DNA of 64,000 nucleotides, taken from assembly GCA_002377855.1 (NCBI GenBank), contig DFQQ01000017.1, positions 298 to 64,297 of the forward strand. Reading direction: 5' to 3'. The stretch is from Acidovorax delafieldii. Its GTDB lineage: Bacteria > Pseudomonadota > Gammaproteobacteria > Burkholderiales > Burkholderiaceae_C. Under the pieces are notes generated by a model. That model ran no database searches and was not told where the DNA came from. It saw only the letters and a list, made by a program, of their open reading frames with translations. Position 1 is the stretch's first letter. The number at the start of each line of letters is the position of its first letter. Made by a program: the position numbers and the translations under genes. This document shows, piece by piece, positions 49,600-58,179 of the stretch.

Positions 49600-52349
49600 T
49601 TGTCCTCCTTCTCAAGGTTCAGCTCGAACGTCATGCCATCGGGCAGCTTCTTCAGCAGTTCCTTGAGCTGGGCGCCAGTAGCGGCAGACACCTTGATGGA
49701 AACCTCGGCAACCTGCGTCGCCGGGCCGATGCCCCAGCCTTCCAGCTTTCCAATCAGATTCAGCGGAGAGGTGGGCGGGGTGTGCAGCGGAATGCGCGGG
49801 GTGCCGCTGGCTGCGGAACCACCGAAGATGCCACCGCCAGTACTGGCCGGAGGCACAGACTGTCCGCCCGGTGTCGGCTCGTTCACCCCAGGAGGTGCGA
49901 GAGGATTGGTGCCACCACCGAACAGGCCCCCGCCAGTATTTGGCGTGCCGGGGGTGCCAGTGGGTGCTGTCGGCGTGGTGCCGCCGGTGGCAGGCACCGC
50001 AGAGGGTTCAAGCAGGAAGACTTCGTCGAGCTGACGACCGGTATACGAGAGTTTGGGACGCAAGCGCCGCCATGCGGTGTCTTCATCCTCACCGGGATTG
50101 GTTTGCAGCCATTCCATTTGGCGCAGGTTGATGACGATCTTTCCGCGCGCGCACAGGCGAAGGATGCGTTCCTTCATCGAGGTTTCGCCGAGCCAAGGAA
50201 TGCAGTCCTGGCCCGCAGGCCGAGGCTCCTGCAACTCACGCAGCAGCTTGCCCACCGCCGAGTTCTCGGAGGCGGCTTCGAGCACCAAATCCTCAAAGTC
50301 CTCGGGTACGAAAAGATCGTTGGTCAACGCCTCTTCGATGCCTTCGGGAATCTGCGCGCCTTGCTTCTTCAGGCTTTCCACGCTAAAGCGGCATTGAGCG
50401 GGGTCAGCGAAATTCCATCGCTGCACCACAGCGAACCGGTCGAACCGCTTCTTGAGGATGTCGCGCAGGGCACCCTGGTATTCGGTGTGCAGCTTCTTGT
50501 ACTCGGGGCCTTGATTGCTCCATTCCTGCGCCTTCATTTCGGCACGCGCGAGGATCAGCAGGTCTCGGTCTTGGAAAGCGTTGGTCGAGCCCGCACGCGG
50601 CAACAGGAAGCGGATGGTGTTGCGGCGCTTTTGCAGATGATCTTTGAGCCAGCGGCCCAGGCGTGCGTCGATGTTGTCCGGCTCTTCTGGCAGCACCAGG
50701 ATGGGCAAGCGGTCGTCCCAGCGTTCCGGCTGTTCAGACTCATCCAAGGTGGACCAAGGGTCCGTCTGCCATGACTTGGGCAAAGCAATGACGCGGAAGG
50801 TCTTCGCCACCTCGTCGGTGCCACCAATCACATAGCGAATCTGCTTGGCCAGTTGTGCCTGGTCGGAGCCATCAGCAAAGAGCTTGTCATTGCGAGCACA
50901 GGCCATCAGCTTGGCGCGCGGGTTCTCCTCCTCGCGGAACACAAGCCGGTTGCCGTCCTGATGGATGTTGAAGCTGTTCTCAACAATCGTCGCCAGCTCC
51001 ACATTGAAGGCGTTGTCATCGACGGCCGTGCTGCGCGTGATGTCAACTTGCAAGGTCTGCGGCTCCGCACCGGCAAGGTTACCGACAGCGATGGAGCGCA
51101 GCCACAAGGCACCCACGATCTCTTGCAAGTGGGGTGCCAAAGTTGCGTGCTCGCTGACCGCCTCGGTCACCGAGATGATGTTCTGCTGCGCCTTGGCCCG
51201 CAGCGTGCGGTGATGCTCGTTGGACACCGAGTCCAGCAGCGCGCCAATGCCCGACGCGTCGTCATCCAGACGGAAGTCAGCGGCTGTGAGCACCGGCGCG
51301 GCCTCGCCACGGCTCTTGTAGAGGTTCGCAAGGATGCGAATCATGTCGCGCGTTTCCTGCGCGTCCGTGGCGATGAGCACTTGCTCTTCCAGCAGGCGAA
51401 GCAGGTGCGGTGCGTAGGGCCATGATTCGGTGAATTCCTGGCGCTTGCGTTCCTGCTCGGCGGACGGCACGTCCAGCAGCCGGAAATACTCGGCCACATG
51501 CTTGCCGACCAAGGCTTCGATGCTGGCCGGTGCAATCTGAAGGCGGTTGTCGAAGAGGCGGTGCAGCAGCATGCGGCGCCGGTCTTGCTGAATGCGTTCA
51601 GCGTTTCCGCCTGCCTTGAAGTCGATGGCCACCGGGTTGACGCGGTGCACCTGTTGGTAGGCGTCGCTGCCGCCGTTGCGCACCGAGATCACCAGCACCA
51701 ACAGGTCCGGGCGCTCCTTGGCAATCTCCGACAGGATTTGGATGAAGTTGAAGGCCCAGTTCTTCCACGGGTACTGCTTGGTGTTCGTCAGGCCGTCGAA
51801 CCATGTCTGGAACTCGTCCAACAGCAGCATCGTGGGGGTGTGTTCAAGCAGTTCGAGAATCAGCTTGTCAGACGGGATGTCGGTCTTCGCCGCACCCATG
51901 CCCTCCCACTTGCCCTTGATGTATGTGCCGTGGGGGTGCCGCTCCAGCAACAAGTCCCAAAGAAACTTGTACCGCTGACGATGCAGGCTCTCACCAATCA
52001 CCTGCATGCCGCTGCGAAGGCCGATCTTGGCGATCTGCGGATCACCCAATGTCGTGGACCAGGAATTCAGCCAAGCACCCGTCGAGGCGGCATCGTTGAC
52101 CGCGTGATACAGCGCGGCCATCAAGTGAGACTTACCAAGCCCACGCTCACCGATCACCACGACCGGGCGCCCTTGGTCCGGGCCTACAGCCTCGATGCCC
52201 TTCAGCAGGTCATGCGTGGGGTAGGTAATCTCTAGGAACGACTGCGCGGCGATCTGTGTCGCGCCGGTGTTGGTGTCGTTCGACAGTTCAATTGCGGTTC
52301 CCTTGAGACGCTTGCCCCGAAATTCCTCGCGTAGCGTTAATCCCAGCAT
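49596..52349 (-). CDS. DUF499-type P-loop ATPase (BrxC/PglY-like)
   Basis: 917 aa. FLEITYPT, Walker A GERGLGKSH and Walker B LLLDEF. A 77-aa Gly/Pro/Thr low-complexity linker precedes a 55-aa C-terminal domain. First gene of the operon, with RBS GGGAGAG. Confidence 0.8.
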   Translation of the reverse strand: MLGLTLREEFRGKRLKGTAIELSNDTNTGATQIAAQSFLEITYPTHDLLKGIEAVGPDQGRPVVVIGERGLGKSHLMAALYHAVNDAASTGAWLNSWSTTLGDPQIAKIGLRSGMQVIGESLHRQRYKFLWDLLLERHPHGTYIKGKWEGMGAAKTDIPSDKLILELLEHTPTMLLLDEFQTWFDGLTNTKQYPWKNWAFNFIQILSEIAKERPDLLVLVISVRNGGSDAYQQVHRVNPVAIDFKAGGNAERIQQDRRRMLLHRLFDNRLQIAPASIEALVGKHVAEYFRLLDVPSAEQERKRQEFTESWPYAPHLLRLLEEQVLIATDAQETRDMIRILANLYKSRGEAAPVLTAADFRLDDDASGIGALLDSVSNEHHRTLRAKAQQNIISVTEAVSEHATLAPHLQEIVGALWLRSIAVGNLAGAEPQTLQVDITRSTAVDDNAFNVELATIVENSFNIHQDGNRLVFREEENPRAKLMACARNDKLFADGSDQAQLAKQIRYVIGGTDEVAKTFRVIALPKSWQTDPWSTLDESEQPERWDDRLPILVLPEEPDNIDARLGRWLKDHLQKRRNTIRFLLPRAGSTNAFQDRDLLILARAEMKAQEWSNQGPEYKKLHTEYQGALRDILKKRFDRFAVVQRWNFADPAQCRFSVESLKKQGAQIPEGIEEALTNDLFVPEDFEDLVLEAASENSAVGKLLRELQEPRPAGQDCIPWLGETSMKERILRLCARGKIVINLRQMEWLQTNPGEDEDTAWRRLRPKLSYTGRQLDEVFLLEPSAVPATGGTTPTAPTGTPGTPNTGGGLFGGGTNPLAPPGVNEPTPGGQSVPPASTGGGIFGGSAASGTPRIPLHTPPTSPLNLIGKLEGWGIGPATQVAEVSIKVSAATGAQLKELLKKLPDGMTFELNLEKEDK

Positions 52350-52936
52350 TACTTAGCTCTCCCGTTCTGATCATGGCGTTGCTAAATGTATATCGCCTCA
52401 AAACGGTCAGCAGCGACATCTCGGCTGCAGCAAGAAGTAGAGCTCCATTTTCGGAGCATCTTTCGAGAGCTGTGGGCGTTCTTTCGCAAGCCAGTCCGGC
52501 ACGCACCGTTGGTGCTAGATAAATTCACAGCTATGCAAACTTCTCACACATTTCAATGACAACACCAAATTTGTCGGATCACTACCTTCAAGTGATTGCG
52601 GATTCTCAACAGACTGCACCACTTATCTATTTATACGAATAATGGTATATAATAACATAAATTAATTACTTTTGTGTATTATTTTGGCTTTTTTTATGCC
52701 ATTGCGATGCGTTCCGGCGACTGTTTTCGATTTGGCTTGCTGAGCGGCTACACAACAGCATCTGAACGGAGTGATCAGCCGAATTTAGATCACCTCGCTG
52801 CGCCAGCTTTTGCCATGCAATAGCACCTTTTCACCCGGCTTGAGCGGCGCCGTGAGCCCGCTTTGGGTTATCAAAAACCTGACTTGCGGAACCCGCCGAA
52901 TGGGCCAACTGGTGTGCTTTCACCCTGGAGCAACCC

Positions 52937-53707
52937 ATGACCAATGACCTGATCCCAGGCAGCGCGGAAAGGGATGCCAACGGACATGACCCGTGCTGTC
53001 GCAACGGAGTTGCCCATGCCCCAGGCAATGCAGCCTTCTGCCGCCATCACATGAGCCGCCTCCTGCACCGCATTGGGGTAGCTCTACCCCGCTTGTTGGA
53101 CGGCCAAGACCTGATCCGAGAAAGTCGCGCTATCGAGCAGCGATGCTGGCGAGAATTCGGATACGAAAAGCAGCCCATTTTCGATGGCGACCTGCCTGCA
53201 TTTTTGATGGTGGACGGCGACGGTTATCCAGTTGCCTTGTCATGTCCAGCGGACCCGGAGGAACTGGCCAGTAGGCTGGCTGCCGTGGAGCCATCACCAC
53301 CGCCAGCGGAGTCATGCATCGGTACGAATCTCGACACGCTGGCACGGCTGCTGAACTTCACGCCATTCGAGTCCCAGTGGCTACGGTGGTCCTATTGCAT
53401 CCGGCGCTTCGGCGGTGCGATCTTGCCAGCCATCCCATTGCGTGACGCCACTCACGACTGCAACGTGCTGGCGCTGTTGTGCGAGATACCGGTGGACGCT
53501 GTACGAGATGCCGTGGCATTGCGCCGGTTGCACGCCTGGGGCTTGCTGGATCGCGGTGATGTCGATGGTTCGACGCCGTCACTGCTCAGCGACTGTCTGT
53601 TGGCCACAGATCAGTTCGTGGAGTGGATCGAGCAACCCTATGCCTCGGACTCCGAACTGCTAACCGCGCTTTGCAAAGCGCAAGTCTCGTTGATGGCCTC
53701 TCGCTGA
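52937..53707 (+). CDS. hypothetical protein (256 aa)
   Basis: The ATG follows CTGGAG. N-terminal Cys/His cluster CCRNGVAH-x8-CRHH. No family recognised. Confidence 0.55.
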   Translation: MTNDLIPGSAERDANGHDPCCRNGVAHAPGNAAFCRHHMSRLLHRIGVALPRLLDGQDLIRESRAIEQRCWREFGYEKQPIFDGDLPAFLMVDGDGYPVALSCPADPEELASRLAAVEPSPPPAESCIGTNLDTLARLLNFTPFESQWLRWSYCIRRFGGAILPAIPLRDATHDCNVLALLCEIPVDAVRDAVALRRLHAWGLLDRGDVDGSTPSLLSDCLLATDQFVEWIEQPYASDSELLTALCKAQVSLMASR

Positions 53708-53847
53708 GGCCCTGTCTCTCTACGGCTGCTGTTCTGCAGCCGAGCTGATCTCTCTCGCTTGTTTTCTATCCGCCAATCGTTCGCGGAGGACTACGCGTGC
53801 CCGTTTGTTTTTCAGTTTTGTTTCGTTCCCTACCTATGGAGATTCCC

Positions 53848-54237
53848 ATGACCACTACACCCGAATCCACATCAAGTCTGGCTTCGCCTTCACCTACCGT
53901 CGCCACCGTCATCTACTCCAACACCGCCAAGTTTCCACTAGGCCAAATCGTCGCTACGCCAGGCGCTTTGGAACTGCTGCAAGAAACCGGCTTCAGCGCG
54001 GCAGCTCTGGTCAGTCGTCACGTGCATGGCGACTGGGGTGACCTATCTGAAGAAGACCGCGCAGAAAACGACTTCGCCATCTCCCGCCGTTTGCGGATTT
54101 TGAGTTGCTACCGACTGGTCGATGCGGAGCGACTGGCTGATACGCCCAGAGACAAGCGTTCGTCGCTTCCAACGCTCTGGATCATCACTGAAGCCGACCG
54201 TAGCGTGACTACGCTGTTGCGTCCAGATGAGTATTGA
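53848..54237 (+). CDS. small GDWG-motif protein (plasmid/ICE-associated family)
   Basis: FPLGQIVATPGALELL...HVHGDWGDLSEEDRAENDFAI...RILSCY...LWIITEADRSVTTLLRPDEY. I recall this ~110-130 aa family being auto-annotated as type I restriction M-subunit-like. Alternative starts at 53797 (GTG) and 53836. Confidence 0.6.
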   Translation: MTTTPESTSSLASPSPTVATVIYSNTAKFPLGQIVATPGALELLQETGFSAAALVSRHVHGDWGDLSEEDRAENDFAISRRLRILSCYRLVDAERLADTPRDKRSSLPTLWIITEADRSVTTLLRPDEY

Positions 54238-54976
54238 TATGTCCAATGCCGTCTCATCGAAGCGCGCTGAGCCGTCCTATGCGTTCCAGCGCATCCATGC
54301 GGCGCTGCAGACTGGTCATGCGCTCACCGTTCAACAAAAGCGCGAAGAGCCAGTGCCGGTATTCATGCAGCAGTCGGTTTTGGACGCATCTTGCGGGACC
54401 CACATGCTCGCGATGCTGCTGGTCACCCTTGGACTTGCAAAGGCCTCGGCACTGCACGACATGTCACGGCGCAAGCATGGTGTAGCAGCCGCAGTTTGGG
54501 CCGCAATGTCCCCGTACTACTTCACCGGAATTACCCCCCAAAAATGGGCGGAGGAAGTGAACAGCCTCAGGCTGCCACTCGAACTCACCGCTCGCTACTG
54601 CATTGAGCACGATGTAGATGCCCCCGCCGTCAAATGGCTCATGCAAGGCGATCTGGTCGCTATTGCATTTGCCTCGGTCAAGCATCACCGCACCAAGCAC
54701 TGGGCTCTCGCGGTAGGTGTGGAGGGTTTGGTGGTCGGTCAAAGTCACATTCCGCAGCGCATCCTGCTACTGGACAGTGGTGGAGCGGAGCCATGTTTCC
54801 ACGCGCATAACGCACGGCTGCGTTTGCCAGATGCCGGCCCCGGTAGCCGTCGTGCCAAGCCTGGTTGGCATAAAGAGCCCAAGCAGAAGATGATCATCTG
54901 GATGCATGAGTCTGAGTCTTGGCAACCCGAGGCAGTGCGATTGCTCGCAGCCATACGTGTACGGAGAACGTCATGA
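54227..54976 (+). CDS. peptidase C39-like (papain-fold) cysteine protease domain protein
   Basis: QQSVLDASCGTHMLAMLLVTLG (Gln/Cys), KHWALAVGVEG (His) and LLLDSGG (Asp) follow the C39 order. Overlaps the upstream gene by 11 nt; the ATG at 54239 is an alternative start. Confidence 0.55.
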   Translation: MSIDMSNAVSSKRAEPSYAFQRIHAALQTGHALTVQQKREEPVPVFMQQSVLDASCGTHMLAMLLVTLGLAKASALHDMSRRKHGVAAAVWAAMSPYYFTGITPQKWAEEVNSLRLPLELTARYCIEHDVDAPAVKWLMQGDLVAIAFASVKHHRTKHWALAVGVEGLVVGQSHIPQRILLLDSGGAEPCFHAHNARLRLPDAGPGSRRAKPGWHKEPKQKMIIWMHESESWQPEAVRLLAAIRVRRTS

Positions 54977-55422
54977 CACTGAACCGGCGCGAATGTTTGC
55001 GGACGCTGGCTCTGGTGTGCATGCCAACTCCTTCGGTCGTGTACTCGGAAAGGGTTCTTGACGATCTGTGGGCGGCAACAGAGCCGGACGCGATGCCAGC
55101 ATTGGACTGGGGCGATCTGAGCGCGGTAGTGGCGCGTTGGGGGCGGTCCACATGGAGTCATGTCGCTACCGGCCATCACTGCGACCTGCGAACCATGCTC
55201 CATGACAGCATCGAGACTACCGCACAGCAGGTTTCACCAGAACGCCCATCGACTGTCATCGTTGTACTGCGCGGCGGCTGCGGCTTGCATCTGGATCAGT
55301 GCAGGGCAGTATCCAGCGCGTTCCACAGCGCGGTGGCAGCTTGTTCTGAACTGTGGTTTGCTGCAGCGCCTGCCCCGGCATTGGTGGACAAGCTGCGACT
55401 GACAGTGGTCGTGAGCGGCTGA
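54973..55422 (+). CDS. hypothetical protein with Tat-like signal (149 aa)
   Basis: ATGA overlap with the upstream gene. The N-terminus MTLNRRECLRTLALVCMP resembles a twin-arginine leader. Confidence 0.5.
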   Translation: MTLNRRECLRTLALVCMPTPSVVYSERVLDDLWAATEPDAMPALDWGDLSAVVARWGRSTWSHVATGHHCDLRTMLHDSIETTAQQVSPERPSTVIVVLRGGCGLHLDQCRAVSSAFHSAVAACSELWFAAAPAPALVDKLRLTVVVSG

Positions 55423-55439
55423 AACGATCCGCCCAGAGC

Positions 55440-55847
55440 CTACTTGGCGGCAGCTTTACCCGGCACTTTGGTGCGCTTGGCTGCTGGCTTCTTGTCGAGC
55501 ACGGCTTGATTGGCGCGGCGCAGTGTCCCGCCCTCGGTGGTGGGCGGATGTGCCAGCCGAATGCCGCCGAACAAGTCGGCCAGGGTGATGTCCAGCACGT
55601 GGCAGATGGTGGCCAGCGTCAAAACACTCGGATTCACCAGACCCAGCTCCAGCTTGGACACCCGAGTGCGCTCCACCTCGGCACTCATTGCCAATTCCAA
55701 CTGCGTCATGCCGCTTTGCTCGCGGAAGTGCCGCAGGTTCTGACCAACCGCCAACGTGATGGCATTCGGTATGAGTCGCACCTTGCGGCGGCGCTGAACC
55801 GGCGTCTCGCTGGCAGCGCTTTGTTTCTGTGGAGCAGTCCGTGACAT
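55440..55847 (-). CDS. XRE-family HTH transcriptional regulator
   Basis: LRHFREQSGMTQLELAMSAEVERTRVSKLELG is a classic Cro/CI-type HTH. ATG at 55847. Divergent from the lipoprotein gene. Confidence 0.85.
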   Translation of the reverse strand: MSRTAPQKQSAASETPVQRRRKVRLIPNAITLAVGQNLRHFREQSGMTQLELAMSAEVERTRVSKLELGLVNPSVLTLATICHVLDITLADLFGGIRLAHPPTTEGGTLRRANQAVLDKKPAAKRTKVPGKAAAK

Positions 55848-55957
55848 GCTCCACAGGCTCTCGAAATGTGCCTGCTGAGGAAACGTCTTATAAGGAACAT
55901 TGCATGCCAGAATGTTCCTTGAGAGGCACAAATTCTTACAACCAACAGGAAGAAAAA

Positions 55958-57097
55958 ATGAATCCCAAAAGAGCTACCGCCGTGACCTTGGCGGCAACGT
56001 CCGTGGTCTTGCTGGCTGCATGCGGTGACAAAACACCGTCCTGCGCTGATCCGGCCACGGTATCGCTGGTTCAGCAGATTTACCAGCAGAGCTTTGACAA
56101 AGAGCATGCAAGCATGAGCCCTGAGCGTCAGCGCAGCGTGCAGATCACGAGCAAGAACACCAAAGTCACGGTGGAGTCCATCACTACCGCTCGCAGCGAC
56201 GAATCGACAGGGAAGAAGACCTGCTCAGCGGTCCTGACGGCGGTGATGCCGCAAGACGCTATCCCTACCGATCAACGGATGCTCAATCACCTGCGCGGCA
56301 TCTACGAGCCTCAAGGCGCGGCGTTGGATGGCAATACGGTCAAGGGCAATGTGACCTACACCGTTCAGCGTACCGAAGACAGCAAGGAGATTCTGGTCAA
56401 GCTCACGGGGCACTTGGCGTTCATGGGGTTGTTCCACGATCTGGCGATGCTCCGGGTGTTCGACAAGAGCGAAGCGGAGATTGCCAAGATCGCTGGTGAA
56501 GCTCTGCCAGCGGCTGAGGTCAAGCCAGCGGAGCCGACTCCAGCAGCGGTTTCACCAGTCGCCCTGCCTGCGCCAGCTGCAGCTGTACCAGCGCCTGCAA
56601 ATACGGCACCCGCTGCCGCGCCAGTCGCCCCGTCGGCCAACGTTACGGCTGCTGCTCCGGATGTAACTGTCCCGCATCTCTGCACTGCTTCTGAGGCCCC
56701 GATCTTTGCGTGCTCCACCGGAAAGAAGCGAGCCTCGGTGTGTACTGGCCGCGCTGGTGGCAATGAGCAGTTAACGTACCGGATTGCACCGCTGGAAGGC
56801 GCGGTGGAGATGGAATATCCGAGTGCTGGAACCGGCGCGGCTTCAGCTTTCCAGCGTGGCTCACAGGTCGTTCAAGACAGTACGGCAGTGAACTTCCTGT
56901 CCTTCGACAAGGGCAACTATCGCTATGTCGTATATGCCGGTGACGGTGAAAATGGACGCAAGGGAGTGGTGGTGGAGCAGGGGGGCAAACGCCTTGCGGA
57001 TTTGCGTTGCCAGAGTGACGCAAAGTCCGCGATAAGCGCGAAGGAGCTTGATCGCTATGGGATGCGTGTGGACTCACGGCCTCTGCAGCTTCCCTGA
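55958..57097 (+). CDS. lipoprotein with Pro/Ala-rich linker (379 aa)
   Basis: Lipobox LLAAC after MNPKRATAVTLAATSVV. Central PAAEVKPAEPTPAAVSPVALPAPAAAVPAPANTAPAAAPVAP linker and a Cys-containing C-terminal domain. Confidence 0.75.
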   Translation: MNPKRATAVTLAATSVVLLAACGDKTPSCADPATVSLVQQIYQQSFDKEHASMSPERQRSVQITSKNTKVTVESITTARSDESTGKKTCSAVLTAVMPQDAIPTDQRMLNHLRGIYEPQGAALDGNTVKGNVTYTVQRTEDSKEILVKLTGHLAFMGLFHDLAMLRVFDKSEAEIAKIAGEALPAAEVKPAEPTPAAVSPVALPAPAAAVPAPANTAPAAAPVAPSANVTAAAPDVTVPHLCTASEAPIFACSTGKKRASVCTGRAGGNEQLTYRIAPLEGAVEMEYPSAGTGAASAFQRGSQVVQDSTAVNFLSFDKGNYRYVVYAGDGENGRKGVVVEQGGKRLADLRCQSDAKSAISAKELDRYGMRVDSRPLQLP

Positions 57098-57125
57098 TGG
57101 ATCACCCAACAAAAAGAGCATTCAC

Positions 57126-58127
57126 ATGACCAGACGATTTCTCAAGGCTGTTTCTCACTTGACCGCCGTGGTGGCTATCGGCGTGGCTTCAATGACCAGC
57201 CATGCAAATGACGATGTGATCCCTGTAGAGAAGTTTCAACCGGCCATCACTGTGCAGTTCGCCCCCGAGAAACCCAACGGTTGGGAGTTGGAGCGGCCCA
57301 TGGCGGCTTACGGTATGAACCTGTTCGCCGCTAACGTCCCCGCGTACAACGGCAAGGGAAAGCTGATCTCAAGCTGGAGTCCCCAGCAGGGGCGTGTGTT
57401 TGAGCAGCCGACCGTGATCATCGTGCACGGAGGCCATGGCATCTCCCCGGCCAATGTGGATATGGCGGTTTGGCTTCGCAAAGAACTCAAGGCCAATGTG
57501 CTGATCTTGGACTCCTACTGGTCTCGCGGAAAGTCGGAAAACTGGCTTGCGTGGACGGAGTACGGTGCGAACATGCGCGTGCTCGATCTGATCGCAGCAG
57601 CGCGTTTTACGCAAAGCCAAGGCGCTGATCCGAAGAAGACTTTCGTGATCGGTGGGAGTCAAGGCGGCTGGACAGTGCTGCGTGCATTCAGCAATCACAA
57701 CCTCAGCGGTGAGGTGAAGTCCTTGCTGGTCGGCGGTGCATCGCTGTACCCCAACTGCTATGTCAAAGAGTCGATCTTTGGGAAGTCCCCTAGCGGCAAT
57801 ACCGACAAGCAGTTTGCCCCACCGCTTGGCAACTACGTTGCGCCTGTGATTGCGTTTACCGGCACCAATGACTCGGCAACACCCTTGTCTCAGTGCAATG
57901 TTGAGATGGTATTCAAAGGCGTTGAGAAATGGACCAACTTTGAAGGTGCGACTCACTCGTGGGATTCACCCAGTGGCGGCATTGGTCGGCCGGGAGTCGA
58001 TGGCAGTTGCTCTAACGCGCTCAACAAGTACAACCAGTTTCAGGTCTGCCGCAACAACAAGTACACCGAGATCATGCGCAGCGACATCCTTGCTTTTATC
58101 GAACGGCACACCCCCAAAGTGCAATAG
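57126..58127 (+). CDS. secreted alpha/beta (dienelactone-hydrolase-like) serine hydrolase, paralog 1
   Basis: Signal peptide ending SHA, nucleophile elbow GGSQGGW, Asp in TGTNDSATP and His in GATHSWD. Confidence 0.75.
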   Translation: MTRRFLKAVSHLTAVVAIGVASMTSHANDDVIPVEKFQPAITVQFAPEKPNGWELERPMAAYGMNLFAANVPAYNGKGKLISSWSPQQGRVFEQPTVIIVHGGHGISPANVDMAVWLRKELKANVLILDSYWSRGKSENWLAWTEYGANMRVLDLIAAARFTQSQGADPKKTFVIGGSQGGWTVLRAFSNHNLSGEVKSLLVGGASLYPNCYVKESIFGKSPSGNTDKQFAPPLGNYVAPVIAFTGTNDSATPLSQCNVEMVFKGVEKWTNFEGATHSWDSPSGGIGRPGVDGSCSNALNKYNQFQVCRNNKYTEIMRSDILAFIERHTPKVQ

Positions 58128-58179
58128 CCTCTGCTTGCTGAAGCTGATGTACACAACTCTTTGAAATCTGAGCAGAAAA

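Noticed and set aside
52288-52506. A 72-aa minus-strand ORF upstream of the ATPase, considered as a possible BrxA/BrxF-like small gene
   Set aside because: It has a GTG start without an RBS, overlaps the ATPase start codon region out of frame by about 60 nt, and has no recognisable features.
56500-56660. A tandem DNA repeat or CRISPR-like periodicity in the GC-rich CCAGC/GCTGC stretch, and separately the 10-bp tandem at 63731-63750
   Set aside because: The first is just a Pro/Ala-rich linker coding region with no exact repeat unit. The second has only two copies. There are no repeat-spacer arrays and no cas genes anywhere in the window.
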